Below, in pieces: positions 1-12,775 of a stretch of 64,000 nucleotides of DNA. The translations under genes and the position numbers were made by a program. Within the stretch, counting starts at the first letter, position 1, and each line of letters opens with the position of its first letter. The notes under the pieces were generated by a model. The model was not told the DNA's origin. It worked only from the letters and a program-made list of their open reading frames with translations, and ran no database searches. This DNA comes from Utricularia gibba (taxonomy: Eukaryota; Plantae; Magnoliophyta), in assembly GCA_002189035.1 (NCBI GenBank), contig NEEC01000021.1:434001-498000 (forward strand), in the 5' to 3' direction.

Positions 1-15
1 TCACTTGATCCAACC

Positions 16-1537
16 ATGACCGCCCTTGTCTCTGTCTCCACCTTGCTTCTTCTCGTCTCTGGCTTCCTTCCCGGAACCAGGGCTTCCCTCGTCTCTCTCG
101 GAGATTTCAACAAGGGCTTCTACGTCACTTGGTCCCCCGACCACATCCAAACTTCCTCCGATGGCCAAACCAGGCGCTTATCCCTTGATAAAAACTCAGG
201 TTCCCCAGAGTCACCCTTTGGGAGGCATTTCATCAATCACCTGACGTGCATTGGTTTGGATTTGCAGGGTGTGGATTCGCCTCAAACGCGACGTTCCTAT
301 TCGGCCGATTCGACATGAAGATCCAACTCGTTCCGGGGAACTCCGCCGGCACCGTCGTGGCATACTATGTAAGTTCAGTGCAGTAGCAGCATTCCCTCAT
401 CTGATCTTCCCTTTTCTATACGTTTGGATCCCCACGATGCAGCTGTCGACCCCAGAAGCGCGACAAGACGAGCTGGATTTCGAGTTCCTTGGAGACGTTG
501 AGGGCCAGCGCTACACTCTTCAGACGAATGTGTTTGTGAATGGAGTTGGGAACAGGGAGCAAAGGTTTAGGCTCTGGTTTGATCCCACAAAGGACTTCCA
601 CACTTACTCCATTCTCTGGAACATTTACCAGATAGTGTATGTGCTTTTACTCTTTTGCCCTTCCCTCCTATCCAATTCTCCTTATAGAACCCTGGGGTGT
701 TTTCGGAAACCTAATTCTAGTATTTTTTTTTTCAACACCTTTGTGTTTTAAATTCACACATTTTTTTTTACTAAAATGCAGTAGTGGTGTTATTAGGATT
801 TTTTTAATACATTGATATAATTTTAAGATCTAAGATTTATTCCGAGGTTAGAATGGGTTCAAATTGAATTTATAATTTTTTGGATTCAATTCAATATTTT
901 TTTTATAAATAATTAAAAAATCAGGAAATTTTAAAAATTTTAGATAATTATTTTATTTTTTGATATTTATACAATGAATTAAATCCGATTTCAAAACACT
1001 ATTACCACTCTTACATGAAATTTTCATTTCTAATATATAAATATTAATTAGTGAGTGGTGTAATTTAAACAAAATTACTTTTTTTTTGCATAATTAATTT
1101 TATAAATGATTTCATAATTTATTTAAAATTGTAGGTTTTTTGTGGACTCGGTGCCGATAAGGACGTTCAGAAACCATGCAGACAAAGGGGTGCCGTACCC
1201 AAACGTAGAGTCAATGGGCCTGTGGGCCTCCTTTTGGAATGGTGAGGATTGGGCCACAAATGGCGGGAATACTAAGATCGATTGGGCCCAGGCCCCATTC
1301 CAGGCCTCGTATAAGGCGCCTAAGGTCAACGCCTGCGTTTTGGATGGAGACCCAATGGGCTGCAATGCACAAGGCCCAGATTATTGGTGGAATAGCGAGA
1401 GTTTGAGGTCTCTGAATTGGTTCCAGAGGAGATTATACAAATGGGCCAGGATTTATTATCTTAATTATGATTACTGCAGGGATTACCCTAGATTTAACTA
1501 TAATCTCCCCAAGGAATGCTCCCTCCCAAAGTATTGA
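16..1537 (+). CDS. XTH: Xyloglucan endotransglucosylase/hydrolase (GH16), 4 exons: 16-199, 268-368, 443-636, 1135-1537 (882 nt, 293 aa)
   Basis: Signal peptide [18 protein letters not shown]; catalytic motif DELDFEFLG; [42 protein letters not shown]; C-terminal DYC...EC; GT-AG introns read directly and exon sum is divisible by 3. Confidence 0.95.
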
Positions 1538-2108
1538 AATCTTGATTCTTTTTTTTTATTGCAAATTTAAATAGTTTATTTACTTTTTTCTGTGATTACA
1601 TGTTGAATTATGGAATTAACTCAAAAGCTGAATCGTTAAATAATTTTAATTAATCTAATATAATCTTTCAACATATTAGTGTAGTGTGCAGTTTGTTTGA
1701 TAACAAGATATAGAAGATTAACACGCAAGTTTACATATATATAATTGTTTGATTAACTAGTACGTCAGATTTGTATGATTATATCATTATACTTATTTTT
1801 TAATTATATGATTAATATACATAAATGGTAGGGGGTTAAAAAGTATAATTATATATATACTATTTATATTTCTATGTTTAGATATCAAATATTATATACA
1901 ATTGATTATATATATACTTAATATATTATATTATGATTAAATATATTAATATTCTAATATCAAACAAAAACAGAAAATAGGGAGAAGAAAGGACGGCGTA
2001 GAATGTTACTTGGACCCAACAAACAGGTTTCTGTCCAGTCTCCTGCCATGCAATGCACCGCACCTTTTGAAATCGAGCGTGTGTTCTCGTCGTCTTCTTC
2101 TGAACATC

Positions 2109-4424
2109 TCACAGGCGGAGATTGATCTTCTCTGCCCACTTGAAGATATCCGAGTACGCGCGATCACCGCCCAAATCCTCTCCAGTTCCGCCGGCGGCGA
2201 CTCTCATTATGTCCTCAATCAACGCGAAGTTTCCCATTATGTCGACGTGGGCGCCGCTCTGAGTTCCCCGCCCCTGGAGCAGATTGGCCGGCGGAGCATG
2301 GTCGTATTCGCGGATGTAGCTTTTGATCCCCGAGGGATTGAATCTCGTCTTCCCGCGCCACGCTTTCGCGCCCATGAACCCTGCGCTAAGCACCGGAACC
2401 GTTTCATCGCCGTCGACTGTGAAGACGCCGTCCGTAAGGCACATGTCGTCGTCTTCCTCATGAGCTGATGTGTCTATGCGGAATGGGATGGAGCACTCCG
2501 TCAGAGACGATGGCTGCTGGTAGACATACGCTCTCTCCGTCGGGATCCCAGTTCCGTACATGGAGAAGATCTCCATATCGGGAGCATTTGGTAACCTGTA
2601 GTAGAAACTAAGGAATCAGTGTTGGACAAAGCTTTTTGTAGCCTGCAAGTAGTGTCTTCTTCACCTCGTTTCCAGTGGATTCGACCAGTACTTGTAGTGA
2701 TCATACTTGGGATCCTCCAGATCATCTGCTATCCCGTAAGAGAAATGCTCTGTGCCACGAGCCATCATTCTTGGAGCAACGTAATGAAGGAGATCTACTA
2801 TGTCAGCAGCAGTGTGAACCTGGTAATCCGTGATCGCCTTCATGCCACTGAATCCCATTTCTTGATACTCCGTCCACACATCGCTACATGACGCATTTGT
2901 AAAGCTGCTTCCTTTTGGAGCGCCCTGGAACGAAATCTCAAGTCCTTGCCAAATCAATGTCGTTCAGTGGAAAATGGAGAGTTCTATGTCAGTTACCCTG
3001 AAATCAAACCGCTGCTGAATCTGAGAATGATGCGTCTCCTTGCCAAATGAGATGATTCTTCCATAGTTCGGGTGCTGCTTGGTTCCTGCAGCTGATTCGT
3101 TTGTTCCATTGCCGTTTTTCCTTTTCCTGGGAACGTGGCCCTCCTCAGGAGACCAGTCCAGGCCACCCCAGATCGTCTCCCCGCCTTTGGGAATCAGCGA
3201 CATTGTCGAATCCCAAGTTCTGGTCATCCTCATGATGTGCTGTAGAGTCTGAAAGTGAAACAAATCCTGATCCAGAACACCAGGAGCAATGGCCCTGCAG
3301 TGGGTTGCTGAAAGCTATGGCTCCAAAACGTATTGCACATTCTTTAGTTTCAGAGAGCACCCTACCTGGCAACAACAACATCCTTCGCTTCCGCAGAGAA
3401 GAGACCTGAAACAGCCTTCGGGACTCCCAACAGCGGGCCGCCGATGTTCATCACCGCCTTCAAATGTCTAGCGCACCAGTCAGATCCTCCTCCTCCGCCT
3501 ATCGGAGCAGGCGCTTCGACCCATTTCATGAAATGCAGAAAGTACAAAGCGCCCATTGAATGCGGAATCACCACTGCTTTGTTTCCACCATTTGTAGAAA
3601 CCATTAGCTCTATTTGACTCTTTATCCTGCTGAGCGTTTGATCACGAACCTATACATCACTTCATCTGTCAAAAAAAGCGTCATCATTAACCCTTTCAGT
3701 AGCAGCATTCCTTTGTACCTCTGTGTTTTGGAATGAGAGCCGCCAGTCGTATGCAGCCATGTACATTGTCTTCTCTTCGAAGCCAATCTGGGCAAGGTTC
3801 TGTATCAGAACAGCCCACACGAAGTACCCAGGAGCGAAATAATCCGCAGCAACGAGACCAGAGACAGGCCTCACTCTGATACCAGCAGGGTCCATGCCTG
3901 TTTCGTTGTCAAGTGACATATGCTCCACCCAGCATAAAGGCCTGAAAATACAAGGGATTCACATGCTTCTGATACTGTGTTGTAAATGGGAGCTTCTATT
4001 CCGATTCCGACCTTTTGTAGACTTCGCCAAAAGTGCCGCCCCAGAGCCTTTTCCTGAACAGTCCATCAGCACATTCACGCCCCTCCCAAAGCTCGAGCCC
4101 CCCTGTGACAATTCCAGGCACAAAAACAACTGGATGTTTGGCTCGGAGGCCTTCTTTCTTCAACTTCAAGCCGGGTGGATCAGGCATTGGTCCGGTGATG
4201 GCCTCAGTTACGTATTGCGGGAAAGAAGAAGGCATCAGGTTGTACAAAAACAAGAGCACCCACCAGCAAGCGAATACCCAGCCGATGAACCGACAGCAAT
4301 TGTCGATACATTGCCATTTTCTGCGCGATCTTTCTCGTTTCCGGGTCTTGGGAATCTTCTCCTCCGGGTCCGGTACGCGGGCTGTTCCAACATCAGCAGC
4401 CCTTCTCCTCCTCAGCAAACCCAT
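2109..4424 (-). CDS. PDAT1: Phospholipid:diacylglycerol acyltransferase (LCAT family), multi-exon with ~70-80 nt introns
   Basis: MGLLRRRR start, TM segment WWVLLFLY, HPVVFVPGIVTGGLELWEG, PLCWVEHMSLDNETG.DP, PHSMG nucleophile motif, HYKYWSNPLET, DGDETVP, GAHVDIMGN, C-terminal WAEKINLRL; intron 4011-3942 checked. An in-frame ATG 18 nt upstream (4442) is an alternative start. Confidence 0.95.
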
Positions 4425-5790
4425 TTTCCCGGGCACGAACATCCCCTAAATGAAGCATTTGAAAAAACAGGAAAAAGAGAAAGATTGAGAGAAAAGTGGC
4501 AGGCAATGACGGGAAGAATGAGGTCTTCTCATGATCCCTCGCCACACCCACGCGTAGAAGACAGGGGGAGGGAGATGATAACCATAAAACAAACTTGTAG
4601 CAGTTACAGAAGGAAAAATCAGGGAAGAAGAAGTAATCTGCTACCAAATTATTTTGTTTATTGTCTTCTTGGGGCTGATCAACCAGAAGAAAGATACCTT
4701 CTTAGGAACTGAAGACGATGAAATTCCCACAAACGGCACCCCCTAAGAAGAAACAGCAACCATACAACCCAATCAATCCACATCATCAAAACGAAGGTAA
4801 ACAAAACACGATTTTTGGGATTCCCAAACCCCCATCCCGATCACCCATCATTCAAAAAGCTAAAAAACGAAATCTTCATGTACGAAGTCGCCTTGGGAAA
4901 AAGCTCACCTTTTTCTGCAACGGAAAGCGTAGGAGTGGGAATGTCAATTCAGGGAGCAAAAATAACGAGCATCCCATTCAAAATATTCTCCTCTCTTAAT
5001 TCCAGCGTCATTATGGAATGGAACGCAGGGGCGGGACCAGGATTTACGATTTTCTAAAATAAGAATAAATATAATCTTCCTTAAAATATTAAAAAATACA
5101 TAATCATTTAAATTAAAAACACAGCTAAATTTGTATATAGTTAAATAAAAATTGAGATAATTCTGAATGGCATTCTGTGTTGAATGTAGGAATCAAAGTG
5201 CAATGAAGTATCGTTCATGTTTGTATGTATTAAACTTTGAAACTTTACGAGATAATATATGTTTCGAGGTTTGATTGGAAATAAGAAAAGTATAGAGAGA
5301 GGTTAAATTCAATGTGGGAGAAAACCACGGTGATGAAATTGCATGTTAATGTAAAGTAGAAATTAATAAAGTTAGAACACATAAAATACACAATAATTTA
5401 AGAAAAAAGAAGAATACAATATTTTTAAAATATTTGAAAAAAATATATTTTTTTCTATTTATATCATATTTTGTGAGATATACATTACATCTCATCATTG
5501 GGCTGACCTAAGTTGTGACAAAATGAAGGCATAGATTCAACACAAAGTATGAATAATACAAGATTTTCCCTCGTGTAGAGGAAGACGAGCAATAGCGAAG
5601 TTTGATGAGATGTCTCTTCAACTCATGAAGAGTTCTCAATGATGATGAGTTCCTCTACAATCAGATTCTTAAGAAGTTGACTTCTGAAATTATACTTCTT
5701 CTGGAACAACTCCATTCAGTGCAACAATAACTCGTTGACTTCAGATTAGTTCGAAAAGAAAAAAAAAAAAAAAGAACTGATCAGGTCCCC

Positions 5791-5834
5791 CACGTGTGGC
5801 TCGTACAACTCATCCGGGCCTTTTGGTGCACGTG
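5791..5834. promoter_or_regulatory. Pair of G-box/ABRE-like CACGTG elements (5791-5796, 5829-5834) upstream of PDAT
   Basis: Two perfect CACGTG hexamers 38 bp apart in a GC-richer patch of AT-rich intergenic DNA; function inferred only. Confidence 0.35.
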
Positions 5835-6156
5835 TTATCTATCGTGATGGTTGGGAATGATGCTATTTATATAGCTTATAACAATACAAAAGAATTTTTC
5901 ACTTCTATTTTATTAGAAATATTTTTTTTAAAAAAAAACATGTCCTAATTTTTTCCCCAATATGTCACATCCATCAAATTCAATTTTTGTTTTTTAAAAA
6001 ATCAATTATTATATCTGTATATGTACAGTCCTGAATCCCATTTTCATGTGTCCCAGTTTCGAGGGCAGCTAATTCTTGCGCTACAAGGAGAATGTGAAGT
6101 GAAGCAGCCGGGCGGCGGGGCTGCGCTGCTGCTGCTGTCGTATGGAAGGTGTTAAG

Positions 6157-9100
6157 TTACCTGGAAACTTGCTGCTGCAGGGGAGGCCACGCGATCTCAT
6201 CGTCGTCGGTGTGCCCATTCACCAGGAAATCGGAGCAGTTCTTCCAGCATCCATGGTTGTACGGGTTCCGGAAACTGCCGTCCGGTCCCCGGAGGTATCC
6301 GTACCGCGTCGCGTTTGCAGCCTCGTTGGTGGTGATGTTTCTAGCGATCTTCACATCCAAAACACACATTCAATATATAATCATCGGAGAGGGAGGGATG
6401 AGGGGGCGCAGGGCAGGGATCTCCTCCTACCTGGGTCACCTGTATGGACAGCAGGGTGCCGGTGGCGATGAGCAGCGCGGCGTCCATGATGAGGAAGGCG
6501 ATGATGGCGGGATGGTTGGAGATCACGAAGGGGATCCACCCTTCGCCGGCAGGGGCCGGCGGTATGGATTTCCAGAGCCCTGTTTCATGCACCAGCTAAC
6601 AGAGTTCATTCCACCGATATCGCAGGATCGTTCTTGGGATTCAGAGAGCTTACTATACACAGCCACTGAACCGCCAACGGATGCTGTCAAAACAGCGACG
6701 GCGAGGAAGATGACAAAGTCCCTTTTGTTCCTCTGCCAATTGGGAAAACAGAAGAATCAACAACAGATGATCACAGGAAAACCAACCCTTTTGTAGAAAG
6801 CCTGAGAGCCTTCAATCAACATCATACAAAAACAGAGAAAGTGCAGCTGTCATGTACACTTAAAGGGAACACAGATATACTTGAAGGCATTCCCTTCATC
6901 CCTTATCTAGATGCAACAGTCTTTCCAAGACCAATCAAGACATGACTGTGAACTGCAGTAAACGATCTTGATATTCTGTGCAACTGAAAATATGATTTTC
7001 TACGAGTCGTCTTTTAGCTCACTATGGACTATCATATATCAGGAAAGGCAAGGTATCCTATGGAATGCAGTGGGGTGCATTAATGGTAATGGCAAAATTA
7101 CCTTGCCAACACAGTTTGAGATCCAAGGGCAGTGATGATCAAACTGCTCAACACACCGATTGCAAATAGCGCAGTGCTTAGAGCGGATAGGTCTTATAAG
7201 CTAGTGATGATGCACAGCGGAAAAAAAAAACATTATGTTATACGGAAACAATAAGATAGAACTGTGGAAACGCAAACCTTGCAGGTGGGGCAAAGTTGTG
7301 ACCAGTTCCCATTCCAAGAAGACTGGCTGCTCAAATCAATGCTAATTAAGGGATCCTATTTACAATGTAATATAGGATCAGTACTAAGGGAACAGATTTA
7401 ACCCATGGAAATGGGACAAACTGATTTAACCTCAGCACCAAAATGGGTTCCACCCGCTGCCTCTATATATCCAGGATTTTTACTGTGGCGCCAAACAAAA
7501 GATGAACTCAAAAAACAATCATCTAAAGAATCGAAAAGAAGAAAGATACAAACCAGCTCTAGCAGCAAATTCAGTTTTTTTTTTTTTAAAGAAAGGAACT
7601 TCATAGGCAGATAGACAGGGGGTTTCGTTTTACACATTTGCAGAAACATGAGAAAGTTAAGAACACTACCTGCTGCACCGGATGAACATGATTAAAGAGC
7701 CAAGTGCTAAAAAAACACCAGTCCATCCCCAAAGCGCAATGGTGGCAGTGACCTTGGTAAGATTTGGAGCTAGAATGTAAAAATGAAAATGTGATCATCT
7801 ACATGGCCAGATGCATACCTAAAACATGAGTAAGAAACAACAGTACTTACCAAAAAGGATATTCCGTATGAAGAGGATCACGTTAAAAACCACTAAGCAA
7901 AAAAGAATAGGAGCATATCCAACTTTTCCGTCATGCCCAGAGCACATACTATCCCTCCAGTTCTTGTCCCTAGCCCGCAATGCATTTTTCTGCATCAATA
8001 GTATTGATGAAAGCGGAGCATCAGTGTACTTTCGTCACCACAACATGTGCCAAGTTAAGAAAACGGCTAAAACTGGAAGCTAAGTGATATCACACGTTAT
8101 GTCATAGCAATCATGCAAAAGGTTTTATTTCCATGTACAACAGAGCGAAGGATGGAAATTTTTCTAAGAATGGAAAGGATGGAATAAAAAACGACTGGTA
8201 ACTGAAGCAAAAGCTAAGCATATTTCATGAAGTGATTTCATAGATTGAGTGAGGCTAAAGATGGCATTTTTAAATTGGATTAAGTGCAGCAGACACATTA
8301 CATACAAGGAAAAGTGCAATATGCCGGTGGCCTTTTTCAGATGCAAGTTCCCCGGGTGTTTTTCCTGCTTTGTCCCTTATTGTCAATTCCTTCTTTGACC
8401 CAGAATGTGCAAGCACACTGCATGCCTCCACATTTCCTCTCAGTGCAGCCCAATGCAGAGGCGTGCAGCCTAGCAAAACAGATCGTAAGCATTCATGAAC
8501 CAGACTCACATTACATATAACTCGTTAAAAAAGATCATCGTAATATGAGTATGAATAAAAAATGAATAGAACATAATGAATGCCATTAAAAATCATTGAT
8601 GAATAATATTGGTAACTTGAAACATTACAAGTCCTGAAGGATAGTAGGCTCATTCAATGATACCTTCTTTATCTTGTCTTTCCATGGAAGCGTCTCTAAA
8701 CAAAAGCAACCTAATTGTATCAGCAAACCCCTTGTATGCTGCCCTGCGAGCAGGATAGTTTCAAACTGAATAATGCATCAGAATGACATTGGAAATACTA
8801 GAATAACCCAGCTGCAGTCAGATAAATGGGTTTGTAAAAGCGACATTTTCATCTTGTATTTCAACCTAATAAGACTAAAATGCACTGAAAAAGTGCATCA
8901 TCTTTTAGCATAAGCCTAAACCTTAATCCACACTCCAGGTGCAAATACATGAAGCACTGTAAATTGTATAATAAATATTGCAAATACCAGTGCAGAGGAC
9001 TCCTTCCATCATTATCTGGTGCATCAAAATCGGCATGATGCTTAGCGACAAGGTAATTCAGTAGTGTTGTCTGGCCATACTGCGCTGCTACATGTACTGC

Positions 9101-10061
9101 CTGGCACCAATGATTAATCAAATTTTGAAACAAGTGAAAGCAAAAACAAAAGCAGTGAAAAGAGGCTGCACAAACAGGATTAGAGCACTCTAAAAAACAT
9201 TGTGATCATAGCCTGGTAACTTGACGACTTGGGCATATTGATAACCTCAAAACCAACAAATAAGATTACATATAACCGGCTTCGACATTTTTCATAACCT
9301 CAAACACCATGTCACGCACCCAAAACAAGATTTAGCAATCTCTGCCTCAGCTCAAAGTTTCCAATGCTGGAGATTGATAGGAAAAAGTAAAGACTTGAAA
9401 AAAAAAAGCCTACATAAATCAGTCAAGTTATGCATAATAGAGCATTTCCACAATTGACTTTGGCAGAGTTGGTTCAAGTTCAGTTCTCAAAACAATGAAA
9501 ATCAGTCTAACGCGGGAAGACCAAATACCTATTCTTCCAAAACGATGTGCAAATTGCAAACGCATACTAAACCGACCCCAACAACAAGACTAACCCTGTA
9601 ACCATTGACATCCGAAGTCTCAACACGTGCACCATTATGCAACAATACATCAGCCGCATTAACAGAACCTCGAACAGCCGCCCAATGCAACGCAGTCTGT
9701 CCTGTGTTATCCTTGGCATTTACATCTCCACCTCGCTGCAGAAGGAGATAGGGGAAGTGAAATACATTTCGCCATGAAGAGTGCACCCATAAAAAAGGAA
9801 ACCAAGCAAGCATCTTACCTCGATAATATACTGCACAATGTCAGAAAAATTATTGAGAGCAGCCCACTGGAGGGCGTAGTAACCATTTCCATCCGGATGC
9901 GACAGCGATACGCCGTCGTGCTCGACGAACTTCCGTAGCATGGCGAAGTCTCCATACGCCGATGCCGAGAAAACGTCGATAATGGGAACTTCATCGGGGC
10001 GTCCATTTGCGGCGCTATGGTCATTAGCATCCGAAACTATTTCAATTTCCGATGAAGCCAT
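6157..10061 (-). CDS. PAT23: Ankyrin-repeat DHHC protein S-acyltransferase (PAT23/TIP1-like), multi-exon
   Basis: N-terminus [10 protein letters not shown]...[12 protein letters not shown]...[10 protein letters not shown]; ankyrin repeats ([30 protein letters not shown]); hand-translated exon ~7100-7196 gives [32 protein letters not shown]; TTNE and NPYNHG motifs in last exon. Confidence 0.92.
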
Positions 10062-10642
10062 CCTTCAATGATTATCTCCCCCTCTACATATACGTGATAC
10101 GTCCAATACATCGCGAATTTCCAAAAATTATTCCTAGGGCTTCTGAAGGCGCTAAATCGAAGGAGCCCCAAGATCGGAACTTGAACGCCGTCGCCGTCAA
10201 AACCTCACCGACGAAAGCGGACGTTGACCCTCTTGGGCTTTTTGGTCATTCGCCACTGTGCTTGAAATTCACCGCCGACAAACCCAAGGAATAATGGAGT
10301 TCTGTATTAACCTCTCTTTATGATGGTGGGGGTCTCTCGGATAAATGCGTCATCATCATCAACATGACCACCACCGGAGTAAATACCTCTGCAACCCAGA
10401 AAAAAGAACTCTTCAACGCGAAGATTTCAATTTCAAAGCTTCTCTCTTTGCGTAGGCAGGAAGTTTTTCGCTTGTACATGTGCTTGAACATGAGGGTTCA
10501 AGATGAGCTCGTCTTACCAATTTTTCCACACAACCAACATCACTCCATTCGACATAACCACAGGCTCCATGATTAATTACGGTATGGAAATCTGCTGAAT
10601 AAGGAAAAACTGCTGTTAGAGTGACATTATTATCCATGCAAT

Positions 10643-11960
10643 TCATCGTGATGAGGAACTGGAAGAGACGAATATGAGTGAAGCGCTACTGACACAATGC
10701 CTCTCATTAATGGGAGGTTGGGAATTCTTCTCCATTGAAGACATGGCTGAGGTGAGGTGACCCCCACATGCTGCACACGCAATCTCTGTTCTCATTCCAT
10801 CGGGATCAGGCTCAGAAGCAGACGGAAACAGAGTTGAAAAGAAAGAACATAGCAACTTGTTAGAAACTGAAGCCAGGGGAAACAACTTGCTGTTCGGTTT
10901 ATGGCTACTGAAAGCCCCTCGTAGAAACCCATCCACAGCAGGAGTTGAATTTGGTAGTATAGTCGAAGTCCCACGTCATGCGCAGGTATAAATGGCCTCT
11001 TCGAAGGACTCGTCGCATCTGCCTGTACCAATCTGATATCAAATGCAAAGGTTTGAGAACAAACCTTAACATGCTGTATACTGATTTTCAAAGTCTTCAT
11101 GTAACACGTAATTCCTCAACCGTGCACTCAAATTCCAAAGTAGTAACAGTAAGGAAGGCGCAGAAGATTATGATTCTTAAAGGCAATTGCAAATAAAAGC
11201 AGCGCCAAGTTAGTGAAAGATGCAAATCAACTGACTACTAGCAGAAGCAAAGCAACACAGCAGGGAAAGGTAAGAGTGTAGCAGCAAGCTACAGTGACAT
11301 TGCCAAAAGCAGAACCATGGCTCCTCATAATAGTTCAATTTACAACTCAAGTTTTTGCTAAAAGTGTAAGAAAAGATTTTTGGGGCTATTACAGTTGGAA
11401 ATGCCTTGACTATTATTCTTGGTACAAGAGCTCGTCACTCATGCTCACTTAATGCAACATTAGGCAAAAATCAGGTCATTTCTCAAGGAAAACAACTTGC
11501 AAAGAGAAATAGTGTTAAGCCAGCAAAATCGAATGTAGCAACTCCATCAATCCCTTGCAAAATAAAACAGCATAATCTAACTGTCATTAACTCCAGATGT
11601 ATTCGTTCTTGCTCGCCATGATACATCGCTAAGCTAGAATCAGGTCATCTGTAAAGTGAGCAAGTTGTGCAGAGTGTCACGCCAGGAGATCAAGAACTCC
11701 ATAACTATCCAGTGTCCCTGTTAGAAAATTGAAAATCAAGAACATTAACATTCATAGGATGAAGCCTAGAAACCAAGAAATCCCATCATACACATTCAAT
11801 CGCCCCCACCCCTGAAAAACAAATTGGAACTGAAAAAAAAAATCCCAACTTTACTCACTTCTCTTTTCTCGGAGAATACTGCGAAACCCTGACGCAATGC
11901 ATTTGATACCAATGTTTTAGAAGCTGCAATCGACGAGGTTTCCAGCAACTGGAAGCCCAT
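10643..11960 (-). pseudogene. MSRB: Methionine sulfoxide reductase B (plastid MSRB2/3-type) pseudogene
   Basis: Transit-peptide-like start MGFQLLETSSIAASKTL at 11960; exon ~11032-10885 reads GTGRCDESFEEAIYTCA*.GT...TKFNSCCGW..FYEGLSVAINRT with an in-frame TGA and frameshifts; last exon PDPDGMRTEIACAACGGHL[CACCT duplicated]SHVFNGEEFPTPINERHCV. Confidence 0.85.
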
Positions 11961-12232
11961 TTTTAAAATCAGCTACACGAAAATGAGCTTAGTGATTCCT
12001 TTGGGTACTACTACACATCCCCTTAACCCATAAAAATTACATCTTTATATCTGTGGTAGGGACAGACTTCAAGTATACGGAAAATTCTTTAGCAGTTCAT
12101 GAAAATTCAGCAAGCAAACGCTGGATTAGAAATTTAAAGCACCAATCATAGCAGAAAAACCACAACCTTGCTAACTTATTTGCTCAAAGCAGATTAGAAA
12201 ACGTAATTCTGATCATACCGAGGCTTCCGATA

Positions 12233-12775
12233 TCATGGAACGATACCCTTAGAAAAACCGAGCAATCTTCCAAAATCAGGGAACAACCCTCCAGGCTTTT
12301 CACTAGAATGAGGGGATTTAGCTTCTCCCTGGCCTAACAACTCTTCCACCATTTCCATGACAGATTTCGCGGACAGCGGATGAAAATGGGCGCTCCACCC
12401 AGCGACAAATTCTTGCGCCAATACCCGCCTCTCCTCTTGGCTCATTCTCCTCCACTTGTAGCAAAAATCCTCAGACTTCAACCCCGAAAAGCGGCAGATC
12501 TCTCCGAATAGAAGCTCTTTGCTTCGCTTCAAGGCTTCCTCTTTTCGAACTTCCTGGAGATTAAGTTTATTGATTCCCCTCCCCAGTTCCGCCGCCAGCA
12601 CTTCGCCGACGGAAATCTCCCCATCCTTGCTACCTCTTACTTTTTGAATTATCTGCCGATTTGGTCTGGGCTTCCACGAAACCATCGGCGAGGGATTCGC
12701 CGGGCAAGACCTCGGCGCGGATCGGAATACACTTGACAAGATCGGTTGAGGAACACAACTCTGCAACTGCATCAT
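12233..12775 (-). CDS. Uncharacterised conserved plant protein, single exon, probable transit peptide (resembles the family I recall as DUF7026)
   Basis: Intronless ORF, Ser/Pro/Arg-rich N-terminus, then helical core LAAELGRGINKL...EEALKRSKELLFGEIC...KWRRMSQEE...FVAGWSAHFHPLSAKSVMEMVEE; start at MMQLQ (12775) inferred, ORF is open to 12895. Confidence 0.75.
   Translation of the reverse strand: MMQLQSCVPQPILSSVFRSAPRSCPANPSPMVSWKPRPNRQIIQKVRGSKDGEISVGEVLAAELGRGINKLNLQEVRKEEALKRSKELLFGEICRFSGLKSEDFCYKWRRMSQEERRVLAQEFVAGWSAHFHPLSAKSVMEMVEELLGQGEAKSPHSSEKPGGLFPDFGRLLGFSKGIVP

Noticed and set aside
3894-4712. 272-aa plus-strand ORF
   Set aside because: Antisense shadow of GC-rich PDAT exon 1 and UTR, with no recognisable domain. 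The same applies to the long antisense ORFs over PAT23, GTE, mtHsc70, NPH3 and LMBR1.
5639-5687. Possible C/D-box snoRNA (ATGATGA ... CTGA)
   Set aside because: Only ~49 nt box to box, no convincing terminal stem, and no rRNA-antisense element I could recognise.
10975-10990. In-frame TGA in MsrB read as selenocysteine
   Set aside because: It sits at the Gly position of the zinc CxxC motif (GGA to TGA), not the catalytic Cys. Flowering plants lack selenoproteins, and neighbouring frameshifts indicate decay.
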